64,000 nt of DNA. Origin: Octopus vulgaris. Its lineage: Eukaryota. The notes below the pieces were generated by a model. The model saw only the letters and a list, made by a program, of their open reading frames with translations. It had not been told where the DNA came from and did no database searches. The stretch lies in contig OX597816.1 of NCBI GenBank assembly GCA_951406725.2, forward strand, positions 123,566,001-123,630,000. The letters are read 5' to 3'. How positions within the stretch are numbered: the stretch's first letter is position 1; each line of letters starts with the position of its first letter. Of this stretch, positions 51,537-64,000 are shown piece by piece. Made by a program: the position numbers and the translations under genes.

Positions 51537-51825
51537 TTATATATATACATATAGCAGCATACATACACTTTGTTTTCCTATACACATATATATATATATA
51601 TTCCACAGATGAGATCCATCAGAGATTCTCAGTATAGAAAACAGTAGTGTTCAAATGAGTCAAACTTAGACTGATGTTTTTACAGGCGATCAGTTCCATG
51701 GGGTAAAGAATGGCTATAAGAGGGATCCAGTTGAGCAGATATAGAGGCAATTATGCAGATAAACAAATTAGATCTATTAAATATAACAGTTTAGGTAAGA
51801 AATACAAAAGATGTTTATATATATA

Positions 51826-52186
51826 CATGCAAAACAAGAGAAAGCAAATGGTGGAGACTTTCAGACAATGAATATTTAGATATAAATATATAGACATTTG
51901 TATTAATAGATCTGAATTACATATTCCATTTTTGAACTTTCTAGCATTATGATCTGAAATATAAGTCTTTTATACCCTGATGACAGAGGCTCATCTTATC
52001 CAATGTTGATTATTTCCATTAAGGCTGTATATTGTGATGAAATACATCTACCAACATTCTCCCCTTTAATTTTCTCTGTTGTTTGTACTCTAAGTTTGAT
52101 CTATTTATATAAATAACTATATATCTATAATTAAGCATTCATTGTCTGAAAGTCTCCACTTTTTGCTTTCTCTTGTTTTGCATGTT
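51826..52186. mobile_element. Fold-back element, ~90-bp arms
   Basis: acatgcaaaacaagagaaagcaaa..ggagactttcagacaatgaat pairs with attcattgtctgaaagtctcc..tttgctttctcttgttttgcatgt. Confidence 0.8.
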
Positions 52187-52440
52187 CTATTGAAAACATT
52201 GTAAGACACAATGAAAATTTTAGGAAAATAAAAATAAGAAATAAGTGGAAATTTTACCAGTGGGTGTGTTTCAATTATAAGGCACAGAAACAAAATTACT
52301 CTCCCCAGACAACAGAATACGCTTCAGCACACGAACTCATATAAAGAATCTTGCAAACCAAATCCAAGAAAGAAATACCCAAACTGTTATAGTTAATCTA
52401 TCTAATTTGTTTATCCGCATAATAGCATCTGCCTCCTGTC
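52187..52440 (+). mobile_element. Second copy of the 48306-48485 family, with hammerhead-like 5' motif
   Basis: Colinear with 48306-48485. Confidence 0.8.
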
Positions 52441-52504
52441 TCGGTCACTGTCTGTCTGTCTCTGTCAGCCTGTTTGTCTGTCTGTCACTCTTTCTCTCTC
52501 ACTT

Positions 52505-52587
<83 letters not shown>

Positions 52588-52632
52588 TACATATATATAC
52601 ATATATATACATATATATACATATACATATAC

Positions 52633-52683
<51 letters not shown>

Positions 52684-54404
52684 TTGTTTCTATTGATAAG
52701 TGGTTAGTTGCAGAGTGGTACAAATAGACTATTTTCTGGTATTTTGATTCTGCCAAACAAAATAATACACCTTGACTCACAGTTCATTGCTATGCCAGCC
52801 AACCATCTCATAAATTTGAGATCAGCTATTCACTAGTGTAATTACTTCATTATTCTTCATTAGGCACTACAACTTAGTGTGAAGAGCAATCACTTATACA
52901 GCATTTCAGATTTATTTAGTTTATTTCATAGTATTCACTCGTATCTGAAGTTGATGTACTTGACTTCTAAGTTATTTAACTTAGCTAAATACGATTGGGA
53001 AATTAATTCCTTTTTTAAACAGATTATAAATTTTATTCATAATACATGTATTGGTTATCAAGTTACATTTTTATTTTATTATATTTATTTTTTATTTTGC
53101 ACATGTGCTCCAATACAAGCATGCAGAATTAGCTCTACAGATTATAATAAAATGATAAACCTTCTTTCTCAAATAATCTGCAACACTCAGAAAACATGTA
53201 TTGTCTTATAATATATCCTCTCTAAAATCAATGGTCTCATAGCATATCAGATTCATAAATAATTTTAACAGTAAATAGCAAGATGAACTCTGGTAATTCA
53301 AACTTTGTCTTCTCAAATGTTATATCAGCATTCACTTGAACTTGTTCGTAATTTTTTATTATGTGTAATGGAATAATAGAGTTTAAAAAATTTTTATTTC
53401 TGCATAGGCATTGTTTACATATGTTAAGTTTACCATACAAATCGATATAACATATCATAAGCATATAGTGTAAACATTAAAATATCATCATTGTCTTTCC
53501 ATATTCTGCTGATTTTCATGTTGAGTTTTTGATCCTCCAAAATTGACATGTGTCTAAGTCGACATATCTGTTTGTGGCTGTAAATTTTTGTCTAAAAAAT
53601 TCAAATTATACGTTGGAAAATACAGTAGTCCATTTCATACATCAGTCCATGTAACAAATTTCTAGAATGAAATCCAGAAAGAATAAATATTTATGTATAG
53701 CTCAACAAAGCTATAATGGTATAATTTTGTCAAAAATATTTAGGGACCTTTCTTTCAATTCTAAACAAACCAGTGCAATCAGAATATTCTGGCTGATGCC
53801 AATGAATTAGGAAGAGAAGTCTATCAGTTCACAGAGCTACAATGTAATTTCTTGAAAATAGTTATAAGTTTAAAGAACATTAGCTGAAATACTCAAAGTT
53901 GTCTGGGCTGAAGAGAATTAATGATGAAATCACAAAATAATATATTTAACTCTTAGTAAATCTTGGGATAAATGCATAGTAGAGTTTTGGACTGAGTACA
54001 CCTTGTGAACCAATTTTTGATTATGATAGATTTTTAAGCTTAATCCTAAACCTGACTGTAATCTTCAACCTAATTATTTTGTAGAATTGTAAATTTAAAA
54101 CATAAAGTTCCTTTTCATCATCATCATCTTAATGTCCACTTTTCTATACTTGTTTGGATCATGTGGAATTCATCGAGGCAGATTTTCTTCAACCAGATGC
54201 TTACTGACACCAGTTTTCACCTATTTCCAAGTAAATTAATATTGCCCCATGACTAGATATATTTTCATGGAAAACTGGAAACAAAAATCGCTGCTTGCAA
54301 GCGATGACACTCATTTACAACTACCACACCATGTCAAGACAAACACACACACATACACGTATACATACATGCATAAATGCACACACAAGTATGCGCACAC
54401 ACAC

Positions 54405-54442
<38 letters not shown>

Positions 54443-54687
54443 ATAGATATATCACAAACTTCTTTCAGTCTCTACCTACCAATTCCATTCAAAATGTTCA
54501 ATGCCATTCCCTGCATGTCTGGTTTTATATCAGAAAGACCATCCTCTAGAGACATACTTTAGCAAAAGCTATGGGGTCACTTCCTGTGATCTTCCAATAC
54601 ACCAAACACCAACATGGAATTTCTGAGGGACTGTGCTATTGCTAAATTGTTATTGAACCTACACTAAGTTCATTCATCCTACATCCA

Positions 54688-54733
<46 letters not shown>

Positions 54734-54913
54734 GCAGGTATGTATGTAACTATGTGTTTATGTGTGTGTGTACTCACACACTGAAGAGAAATAAGAATAA
54801 ACACTGGCTTATATAATAGTTCCTCTGTGCCTTTCCCCATTATAGTTATTTGGAGCCCTTGTAGTTAACTATGTCCAACTTGGGATATAGCTATCTGTAA
54901 CTTAATACAATAA

Positions 54914-55006
54914 AGTGTTCCCTGATGATGCATTGTGGTTGAGCATTTGTAAGATGTATACTAGAGTTCCAAATAGCTGTAATTATGAAAAGCACATAGG
55001 AAGTAT
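54914..55006 (+). ncRNA. Degenerate type I hammerhead candidate with long stem II
   Basis: ttcc-CTGATGA-(attgtggtt...agctgtaat)-GAAA-agcaca-TA-ggaa. Confidence 0.4.
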
Positions 55007-55266
55007 TGCATAAACCTGTATTTATCCCTGTTTCTTCTGCATTTCCTCTATCATTCATATCTAATAATACTGCTTAGTATAAAAATTAATTAGCAACCAA
55101 ACATAGCAGATTGGATTATAGAAATCTATTTGTGCACAAAATTTCAAATACACACACACACACACGCACACACACACACACATGTACACACACACAACAC
55201 ACACTCAAAGACATACACAAATATATACAAATATATAAACATATATATACATATATATATATATAT

Positions 55267-55323
<57 letters not shown>

Positions 55324-55479
55324 CATACACACTCACATACATATACATACATACATACATACATACACACATATAAGGAGAAAGAAAAAGAGACAAAGAA
55401 AGTGAGAGAGGGAACTGGATTACCTGGTGTTACTCAGGCAGAAACCACTTAATCATCTTATTTGCTCCTCTCGTTTACT

Positions 55480-58400
55480 ATTTAGTGTAAAACCATAATT
55501 GGTTATGTGGTTCCATTGTTTGTTGTTCCATGTATAATGGTAACTGCTGATGCACAGTTTTAGTGAAAATATTTCTCACAAAGTCTGAATAATGGTATTA
55601 ATGCAGTGTCCCTTGGAGCCAAGGATTACTGATCAGCAATTTCTACAGTAAAATATATCCTTCTAGTTGTGTACTTCCCAGGCAAGGGTTTTGATCTGAG
55701 ATCGTGTGGTGAAACTAAAATGATTACAGGGTGGACGACACATGCTTGCCATTCAATAACATGTGAAAACTGATAACTTAAATTCAATATCTATTATTTG
55801 TAATATGGAGTCAAAATTTTTGTCAAACAAACTATGACCTGACAAGTGGAGAAGTCACTAGTTCACAGATTAAGCAATGAAAATTTTAACACTGTTTAAG
55901 AGGCAATAAATGTTTAAGTAAAATTAACAGTCTTTGAGGTGTTTTTGAATGGCCAACATGTAACTTCTGTGCTGCAATATATTCGTTGTCCATTCTTAAA
56001 ATGAATAGTCAGTTGTTGAACTGGAAAATGTTTGTTCAGGTGTAAGGGAGTCAAATATTCTTCAAGAAGCATCATTGCTACAGTTATACCTCTCCATCTA
56101 AAATTGTGTCTCTTCACCTTGAAATAACTTCTGATGGAGAGTGAATATTGCAAGCTCCAAACTCTTGTTGATATTGTTACATATGCACTTGATGGACTTT
56201 GTAAAATTACAGTATTTTACATTTACAGGGGCATTGAATGTTTTAGTTTAAAAAAGGGGCTATTAGGCTCATCCATTGATTACCAATTACATACTGATCA
56301 ATTTTTGTTTCAAAACTTCCATTTTCCATTATAAATTTCTATCTGAGAGTTTGAGGCAACCACACAGGCAAGGAACCGTGTTTGATTTTATTATTTCATG
56401 AACTTCATTTCTTTGTATGTGTGTATGGATCTTGGAATTTCTGCTGACATGATAGAATCAATCTCGTTTGAGTGAATTTTGTGTAAAAACCAGATGAACA
56501 TATTTGCATGAAGCAGACTTCTTTTTTACAATGGCGTTGAAATATGTGTGGCCTTAAATTATGTGTGGCATCAAAATATGTGTGATCAGTTATAAGGTTT
56601 CTTATTTTAGAAACCTTGAGATAAAAATTTCATAGAGTTAGGTGGTGTCTGAAAGGATATAACTATCCTGGATAAGCTTTGATTGGATTTTGTTCAATTT
56701 ACCTTTGCAGGTAAACTTCATGAAAATATCTGGGTGTTTGCAATTACATACATAAATCACAGCACCTTGTGTCCTCTCAAGCATATATTTTGGAATGCCT
56801 GTAAAGCTTGATGAGAATATGCAATGTCTGAGCTCTGTCCCTGTGATATTATCATTAATGCCAAACCATCTTGTGAATTTGTAAAGGAATCTGTATTTCT
56901 AAAAGAATCTGATTCCTTTTGGAGCATTTTTATGAAGCACAGCCTGTCCAACTTTATTTTGACATACTTATCTACTGGTGAAAAAATTCTTGGCAATGAT
57001 TAAGATGATCGAATTAATTACTTCAAATCATCAATCAATCAATAACCATAACTTATACAAGATACAGTTTTCTTTGGTCCGTTTTTTTCATTTTGGAAGC
57101 GGTTCCAGTCACTTGAAGTATACATTAAAAGACAAGATATATTGTAAAGCATTGTATGAACAGGAAATTTCATTTATTAAACTGATGCTAGCATCATGTC
57201 ACTTCAAAAGAATATTATATTGTCATGATTTTTACCTACCATAATAATTGCCTCTTGATTACACTCAGAAATATTAAATCAATGAACATATTTTCCAGCT
57301 GTTTTTTTTTTTTTTTTAGCATAATGGACAACTTGAAAATCTAGAGCTAAAGTACATTTTGTTGCTTACCAAATGCTTCTGTCTTAAAAATGCTTTCCAT
57401 GAAACATTCTTTTTTTTCCAGCTTTAAAATAAGTTTTAATCATGTACTTAGGCTGCTTTTATTGTAACATTGTACTTCTTCATCATCATTGTCATTTCAT
57501 TGAAGGATATGTTCTATGTTAGCCTGCATGCAATTCTGTTACACATCTTGTGTGTCCATTGCTTACATTGGGTACAGCATATGAAGTTTGTACCTACCCT
57601 TTCTCAGCATATTGAATAAAGCTATTTTCCTGATGGTACAAGGATCCTGTTCTTCCTACTAACTAAAACCTTTGTCTTAGCTAAGTTTATCTTAAGAGCC
57701 TACAAATTTAAGTTTAGCTTCCATGCCTGGAATTTCCTCTCTAATTCACCTCTGGTTTTAGCTATGTGAATTAGCCTATTAGCATATTGGGGTTCCATAA
57801 CCAGCTAGTCTTAAACTTCTCTGTGATGGCTCGTAGGACAAAGCTGAATAGGAGGGGACTGAGGCAGAACTTTGATGGTCTTCTGCTCTCATGCTAAATT
57901 CATCAGCAAAGTCATTGTTAATTCTTATTTTACTTACTGCACCTTTGTACATGGCTTCTACAACTCTCAAAGTCATTTGTCATGCCTAGTTTCTTTAGGG
58001 ATCATCATATTATTGTAGGTGGTACCTTGTCAAATGCTGTCTCAAGTCAACACATGCCAGGTTATAATAGTTTACTCTTAGCCAAGTATTCCTCCAACAC
58101 TTGCCTCACTAGAAGATTGCAACTTCTGGGCACAAAACCAAACTGTATCACTTTTATATCTACCTTATCATGAAGCAATTGTTATAATTTTTTCCATGAT
58201 CCTCATAATCTGATCTAGTAATTTTATTCCTCCACAGTTGCTCCTCTCTAAGGCATTTTCTCTGTTTTTATAGCAGTTTACAATGATACTACTATGCCAA
58301 TCGTGGGACATGGTACTTCCTAGTATTATTTGATTAACTACTTAGTTGATAATCATGAAAACCTCCCTCAATAAATATTTTGAATGTCTCTCCAACAATC

Positions 58401-59790
58401 CCTGGTGGACCTGCAGCTTTCCCTCTCTTCATGTTCTTGGTCAATTTATATCCCCTACTGCTGTTAACATGGATTGATGTATGTCTATAGCATCAGCATG
58501 AGGTAATCATTCTCTATTCCATGCATGCTCCATGTTCAACAGCTTCACATAAAATCACTTCCTGACCACTGTTTTCTCTCTTTCATATCTATTTCATATC
58601 AAGGATCAGTATGCTCTTATCATTCTGTATTCTTCTCACCAGTTTTTATAACATTTTTGAATATAAAATATAACTTGTGTTTCTTTTTTTCTGTTAAGAC
58701 TTATGAGATCCAGTTCTGCGATAAATTTGTCCTTACCTCTAAAAGTTGGTAGAAATCCACTTTCCTTTATGATTTCCTCTCCAATTGATGTAATCTGAAA
58801 AGCTCAGTCGTTTGTTCAAATGCTTATAAGAGAGTATTTTATTTTTTATGTAGTGCCCAAAAGAAGATCTATTATCACTTTTAATGACTCAATTGAAGAT
58901 TTCTACCTTTAGAACAACACATGCTAAACGACTCCTCATCCCATTTTCAAGTACACTAATTGCCAGATGTTTTGCACATAGAGCTTAGTTATTCAACTTT
59001 CAAGATGCATAATCATTATTAGGATCATTTTTAAAAGCAGTTTCTTCCATTGCAGTTGTCCATAGTTTTCTACTGTTTTTCTTGGCAAGACATTTTTAAT
59101 CTCACTTCTTGGTTGTTTTTACACACTTTTGCTCTATTTTTGTATCTGCCTCTCTCCTTTTTTGCAACTGCATTTTTTTGTCTTTATTTTCTTACACTTT
59201 TCATAACTTTTACAATTTTTTCTTCTTCCTCTGCAACTCTTTTTCTATCCATGACTTTCTTGCATTTATGTATTGCCTCACTTTTTGCAACCTTACTCTT
59301 CTCTTTTATGTTTGCTTGGATTTTTTTCTTACTGTTACACATTGTTATTCATTTATTTTATTCTTTGAAACCTCATTCTTTTCCTCTCTTTTTTTTTATC
59401 TTGCAATGTTTCCCCCCACCAAAAAAAAAATTCTCTTTTGCTAGTAATTGTTTATGGTATAGAGAGCATCGTAGTGGCCATTGACAGTTTGACTTCTATA
59501 TGATACAGTTAGTTTTCTTTCTGTACATGTCCAACAGCTAAATTACTACATTGCACAATTCACTAATGGCAACAGGTTCAACATCACCGCCTGTTCCATC
59601 CCTGCTCATGTATCTTCGTTATTCTTGCACTGTGGTGTTAGGAATAACAGAATGAAAATGCCTCTAACTGCTGCATGCATGCTATACAGCTTCTTCTAAA
59701 AGTAACTAGTATTGGTATTGTTATCATACAAGACTAATACAAGTCTAAACAAAGAATCACCATTGCCTATAAAATTTACATGAAGTTTGT
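55480..59790 (-). mobile_element. Decayed autonomous Helitron with N-terminal OTU protease, Zn finger and Rep domain
   Basis: Minus-strand motifs in order: IGNGDSLFR...YMSRDGTGGDVEPVAISEL...NGHYDAL (OTU); KWDEESFSMCCSKG; HPDIFMKFTC; KRSLLHANMFIW; SAEIP; QQLTIHFKNGQRIY. Confidence 0.75.
57480..58810 (-). mobile_element. RTE-clade RT remnant inserted into the Helitron
   Basis: VVEAMYKGAVSKIRINNDFADEFS..HQSS (the VHQGS motif), LYAN, and FVPRSC (the FVPGRG motif). Confidence 0.75.
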
Positions 59791-59961
59791 CCTAGTGATC
59801 AGATTTTGTTCAATAGTTTTCAATGAATTTAGTAAAGTACTTTAGATGATTTTTTCATGAACAGAACAATGATTGATACTCACAGTATCAGAATGGTATG
59901 GGTTTAGACAGACATTACAAATTTCCTCTGCAGAAAACTATCTTTCTAGTTTTGTAATAAA

Positions 59962-60357
59962 TCTCTATATATATAAAGCTGAAGTTGTCTGTATATGGCA
60001 GGTTTGGTAGCCTTCAACTAACACAATCTCCTCCGAGACCCTGCGCAAGTTGACCAAAATTGAGAGTATGATAGAAGAAGGCTTGCTCTTCATTCTGCAG
60101 AAGAAAAAATTCAAATCGGACCATGTTAACACCAAAAATTATTTACATCAAAAAGGGGCTTTTTTTTCTATCAAAATCCTTATTTTTTAGGATTTTTTTA
60201 CTGCTGTGTCGCCATTTTTCGGTGTAGTTCAACCAGAAAAATGTTCACTTAAAGATGACAAGAAGCTACATAATGCAAAATTTTTACTTTTCAAAAATTC
60301 CAATTGTAAAGGGTCGAAAAGAAAACAAACCTGAGCAACGCTGGATTATACTGCTAG
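59962..60357 (+). mobile_element. Non-autonomous Helitron
   Basis: A|TCTCTATATATATAAAG ... decayed hairpin ... ctgCTAG|T. Confidence 0.75.
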
Positions 60358-60839
60358 TAAATAAATAAATGAATAAATAAATGATTATATTCATAGAGAA
60401 GAAATGAATACATTTTGGTGACTTAATATGGTTCTTCACCTTCAGTTTTAACTTGAGGTGGTTTCTTCACAAAGAGTACAATGATTGATACCGTTATCAA
60501 ACAAAAGTGATAAGATGCTAAACAACTGAAGTTTCTCCTTCAGAAAGATATTCACTTCTCACAACCGAAAATGTGGAAGAATTTTGTTGCTACCAGAAAA
60601 TTCCAGCTTAAGCAGTCAGTGGTAGTCATATAACTGTGTATCTGTATGTGTGACAGAGAGAGAAAATGGAAGAGAGGCAGGAGTAAGAGAGTGATATGAA
60701 GGAGAAAGAGAGAAAGGAGGAGAAAGGTACTATAAAGAAGAGAAATAAGTAAGAATGATTAGAGGAGAAAGAAAGAAAGATGAATGAGAGGCTGAAGGGA
60801 AAAAGAAAAAATATATGCCTGGATATACCTTTAAAGATA

Positions 60840-61122
60840 TTTTTCAGCTATTAGACTGCAACAAAGCTGGGGCACTACCTTGAAGGATTTTAGTCAAACA
60901 ATTTGACCCTAGTACTTACTATTTTTTTTCTCTCTTTTTGCAAGCCAGGTATTTCTATTGGTTCTTTTTTTTTGCTGAACTGCTAAGTTACAGGGATGTA
61001 AACAAACCAATACCAGTTGTCAAATGGTGGTGGGGGACAAACACAGACACAAGGACACACACACACACATACACATACAACAGGCTTTTTTTAGAATACA
61101 CTTGCCCAAGGTGCCACACAGT
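60840..61122 (-). mobile_element. SINE family A variant
   Basis: ctaagttacagggatgtaaac...cacttgcccaaggtgccacacagtg. Confidence 0.75.
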
Positions 61123-61192
61123 GAGACTATATGTATATAATTACTTCTATATGTATATTTGTGTATAACCATATAAATAAAAATGTACATGC

Positions 61193-61233
<41 letters not shown>

Positions 61234-61779
61234 TACACACAGCAGTATATATATACACACACATACACATACACACTCACACACAGGTGTGCATGCACAC
61301 ACACACACACATAGTTCTCTTAGTTATTGTTTACTCATTGTAATGCACCTGACCACTATATACAAGCTCATTATATCATAACTAGTAAAATGGAAATAGT
61401 TTGCTTGTTTCTCAGTAATTTTGACTTAATCACTGAATGGTTGTTATAAACTGTACATATGTGCATTTGTTTGTGTGTGAGGATGTGTGAGGAATTTGGA
61501 TGGAGAGTGATACTGAGATTAAGATTTACATGTGTCAGACAAAAGAATGCATGTATTTGAATGAATATATAAACTTTGCCACACCCCAACAACTGCCTGT
61601 ATCTTTGCCATGCTATCTTAATACCTGTGAAATTCATGTTTATTGATTTCACTCCACAATGTGAAGCTACATCAAACTTAAAACAACTATATCTCCTACA
61701 CCTGAGATATAGCTTATCCAGCCTCTTGGATTTTATAAGTCATAAGATGTTTTTTTGTAAAATTTTGTAGGTCTTTACT

Positions 61780-62620
61780 ACATCACATATGCATTCTTTT
61801 TGACCCCATGTCAACTCATTTGTGAGAGCCAATCCTTCCAATTCTGATCTAAACACTTCTTCCCAGAGCTTCATTGAATTGCCTCTATTATGAGTATGCT
61901 TTATTGCAAAATTAGTTATTTCTTGTCCTTGAGAACTTTAATATAAATTGTAACCTTTGAAATCAACAAAAGCTTTCACTCTTTTACGGTGCCACAGCTT
62001 CTTTACAAAGCTGCTCAATTACAACCTACTTCTATCATTTCTCATTTCTTGGATTAGAGGATTCCTGTTAGATTGCTCCATTGCACCATGTATCAATAGG
62101 TCTCCCTCTAATGCCAGTTAATCAACTAGGATGTGTCTCAAGGTTTTGTGATATCTCTCTCACTTCTTTCTTTATTTTTAACAACCTGCTTAATGTTACT
62201 TCTAACCAGACTTGCATATACTCTAGTACAGATGATATAAGATTTAAAGTCTCAGCAACTTTTCCCAAACACAACTTCCTCAGAGGCAAGTAAAACATTT
62301 TTCACAAAATATTTATAAACTCCATGCACAAAAACATCTTATATATCCTATAAGTATAGGAGACTTTTACAAACTCTGTCTGATTCACTTACATCAAAAC
62401 AGTCTGTGGAAATATTTAGATAACCTGTGATAAGCACAATATCTCTAAAAATTATACTGCACCTTAGACCTGGAGTTGCCTTTTCAGGAGAGAGAAATAT
62501 GTAAGTTCTACACATTTGCTGACCCTCCACAGAGTAGATAACATTACTACACATGCGAATGCATGTCTAGTAATAAATACCACATCTGAAACTAGTCATT
62601 CAACTGTAAGGTGTGTCTTC
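61780..62620 (+). mobile_element. CR1/Jockey-like RT remnant
   Basis: FEINKSF (DISKAF motif); PVN..CVSRFC..SLTSFFIFNNLL (GVPQGSxLSPTLFLIFINDL motif); STDD (YADD motif). Confidence 0.55.
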
Positions 62621-63006
62621 ATTCATTAACACTCAACATCTAATAACTCAAAGTCATCACATGTTCTCTCTTTCTTCTACTACTTTCTCTCTTTCTTCTA
62701 CTACAATTATCTTTGCACTTCTCAGTAAGTTGTGCGTCATTTTCATTCAAATTCATTTGATTCCCCTTTCTTTCTTCCCTTCATCATGCTTTTGTAGTTC
62801 ACCCCTTGACTTTTTCTGATCCTGTGTTCCCCCAACATTATCTTCCCCACAAGAAAACTTTCTCATTAAAAACATCAAGTTCAGTCTCAACTTCACTACT
62901 CTGAGAGATCCTGTATAAGCTTTGGTTAATGTGCATCCACAGAAAGATGGTACATTTTTTTCTTATAATTCTTTCTATTCTTGTAGTTTTGTTATACAAT
63001 GTTCTT

Positions 63007-63210
63007 AAAGTGGTGAACTGGCAGAATCCTTAGCATGCTGGACAAAATATTTAATGGCACTTTGTCTGTCTTTATATCCTAAGTTCAAATTCTACTGAGG
63101 TTGACTTTGCCTTTGGTCCTTTCAAAACCAGTGACATAAGTACCAGTTAATGTAATCAACCAACTCCTTCCCACAAAAGTCTCCAATCTCATTTCTATTG
63201 CAGAAAAGTT
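63007..63210 (+). mobile_element. SINE family B
   Basis: ggtgaactggcagaatccttagcatgctgg...agttcaaattctactgaggttgactttgccttt. Confidence 0.75.
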
Positions 63211-64000
63211 TGTACTTTCTAATAATTTGTTTTCAAATCTAAGAATACAAATCTAAGAATATAATTGGAAATGCTACACTGAAGAGAGAAGTAAGTAATT
63301 AAGCACTTTAATCTTCAAATGCGCATGTGGCTAATCGGAGTCATGTTGATTCATTATTTTTCGCTTTGCCTATGTAAAAAAGTGTGTTACTGTTGTGGAG
63401 ATTCTTACAGTAGTAGAAAAGGAATTTTTAACTCTTATTTCTAAATTCAGTATGTGGTGAAGTGATTAGCTGACCCCTAATTATAATTATGTTTATAAAT
63501 ATAGAGTATTTGTATAATTTTACCAATAAAGGTTTTTTTAATGTACAGATCAACTTGGTAAAATTATTAATTAATTGATTGATTAATTAATTAATCTAAT
63601 TGATTAATTTTACCCTTTTATTATTAATCTAAGAATACATGTTCAGAAGCAAATATTAAATCGGGGTTGCATTATATATAGAAATAATCTAAAAATTATT
63701 TGCTGAGAGCAAAGCAGCTAGTTAGAAAATCTCTATAAGAGATGAAATTACTAACTATACAGAGAAATAGTGTTTGTCACCTTTCAACATGAATGTTCTG
63801 TACAAACCAACATTACTACCCTGTTTGTAATATATATTGGGTGTGACTTGTATCAATAACCAGCTAGAGGATGCGTCCTCTTGAGGTTAAAAAATGGTAG
63901 TAATGTCAGTTTGTATGGAACAGCCATGTTGAAGTGGCAACTAACATTATTTGCAGAAACTTATACCAAAATTATAGACTCAGCATAGCAGCACACCCTA

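Noticed and set aside
51973-52055. cCTGATGA...GAAA hammerhead candidate
   Set aside because: No stem I or stem II pairing closes the core
59050-59484. 144-aa hydrophobic 'membrane protein' ORF
   Set aside because: Antisense of the K/E-rich Helitron linker
63560-63612. Cluster of TAAT homeodomain-like sites
   Set aside because: Indistinguishable from a decayed (TTAA/TTGA)n repeat without conservation data

Overview
AT-rich eukaryotic DNA full of microsatellites and transposon remnants. The SINE families look like those of a cephalopod (octopus); this is my recognition, not a database result. No host gene is confidently identifiable, and most entries in the ORF track are translated microsatellites. 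The main element is a near-intact, full-length Tx1/L1-clade LINE (9923-15334) inserted in a (CT)n tract, with a CCHC ORF1 and an APE-RT-CCHC ORF2 broken by two frameshifts and one stop. Also present: an R4/Dong-like 3' fragment in (TATG)n, Penelope-like (PLE) RT and GIY-YIG fragments, a decayed OTU-bearing Helitron split by an RTE insertion, two non-autonomous Helitrons, DD37D and mariner transposons, RTE/CR1 fragments and many tRNA-head SINEs. The most notable signal is a set of unrelated small fold-back or direct-repeat elements in (TA)n/(CA)n tracts carrying type I hammerhead ribozyme (HHR) motifs. These include one apparently intact HHR in a 465-bp retrozyme-like unit and U3:A8 core variants with covariation between copies. 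Boundaries were read by eye and are approximate.
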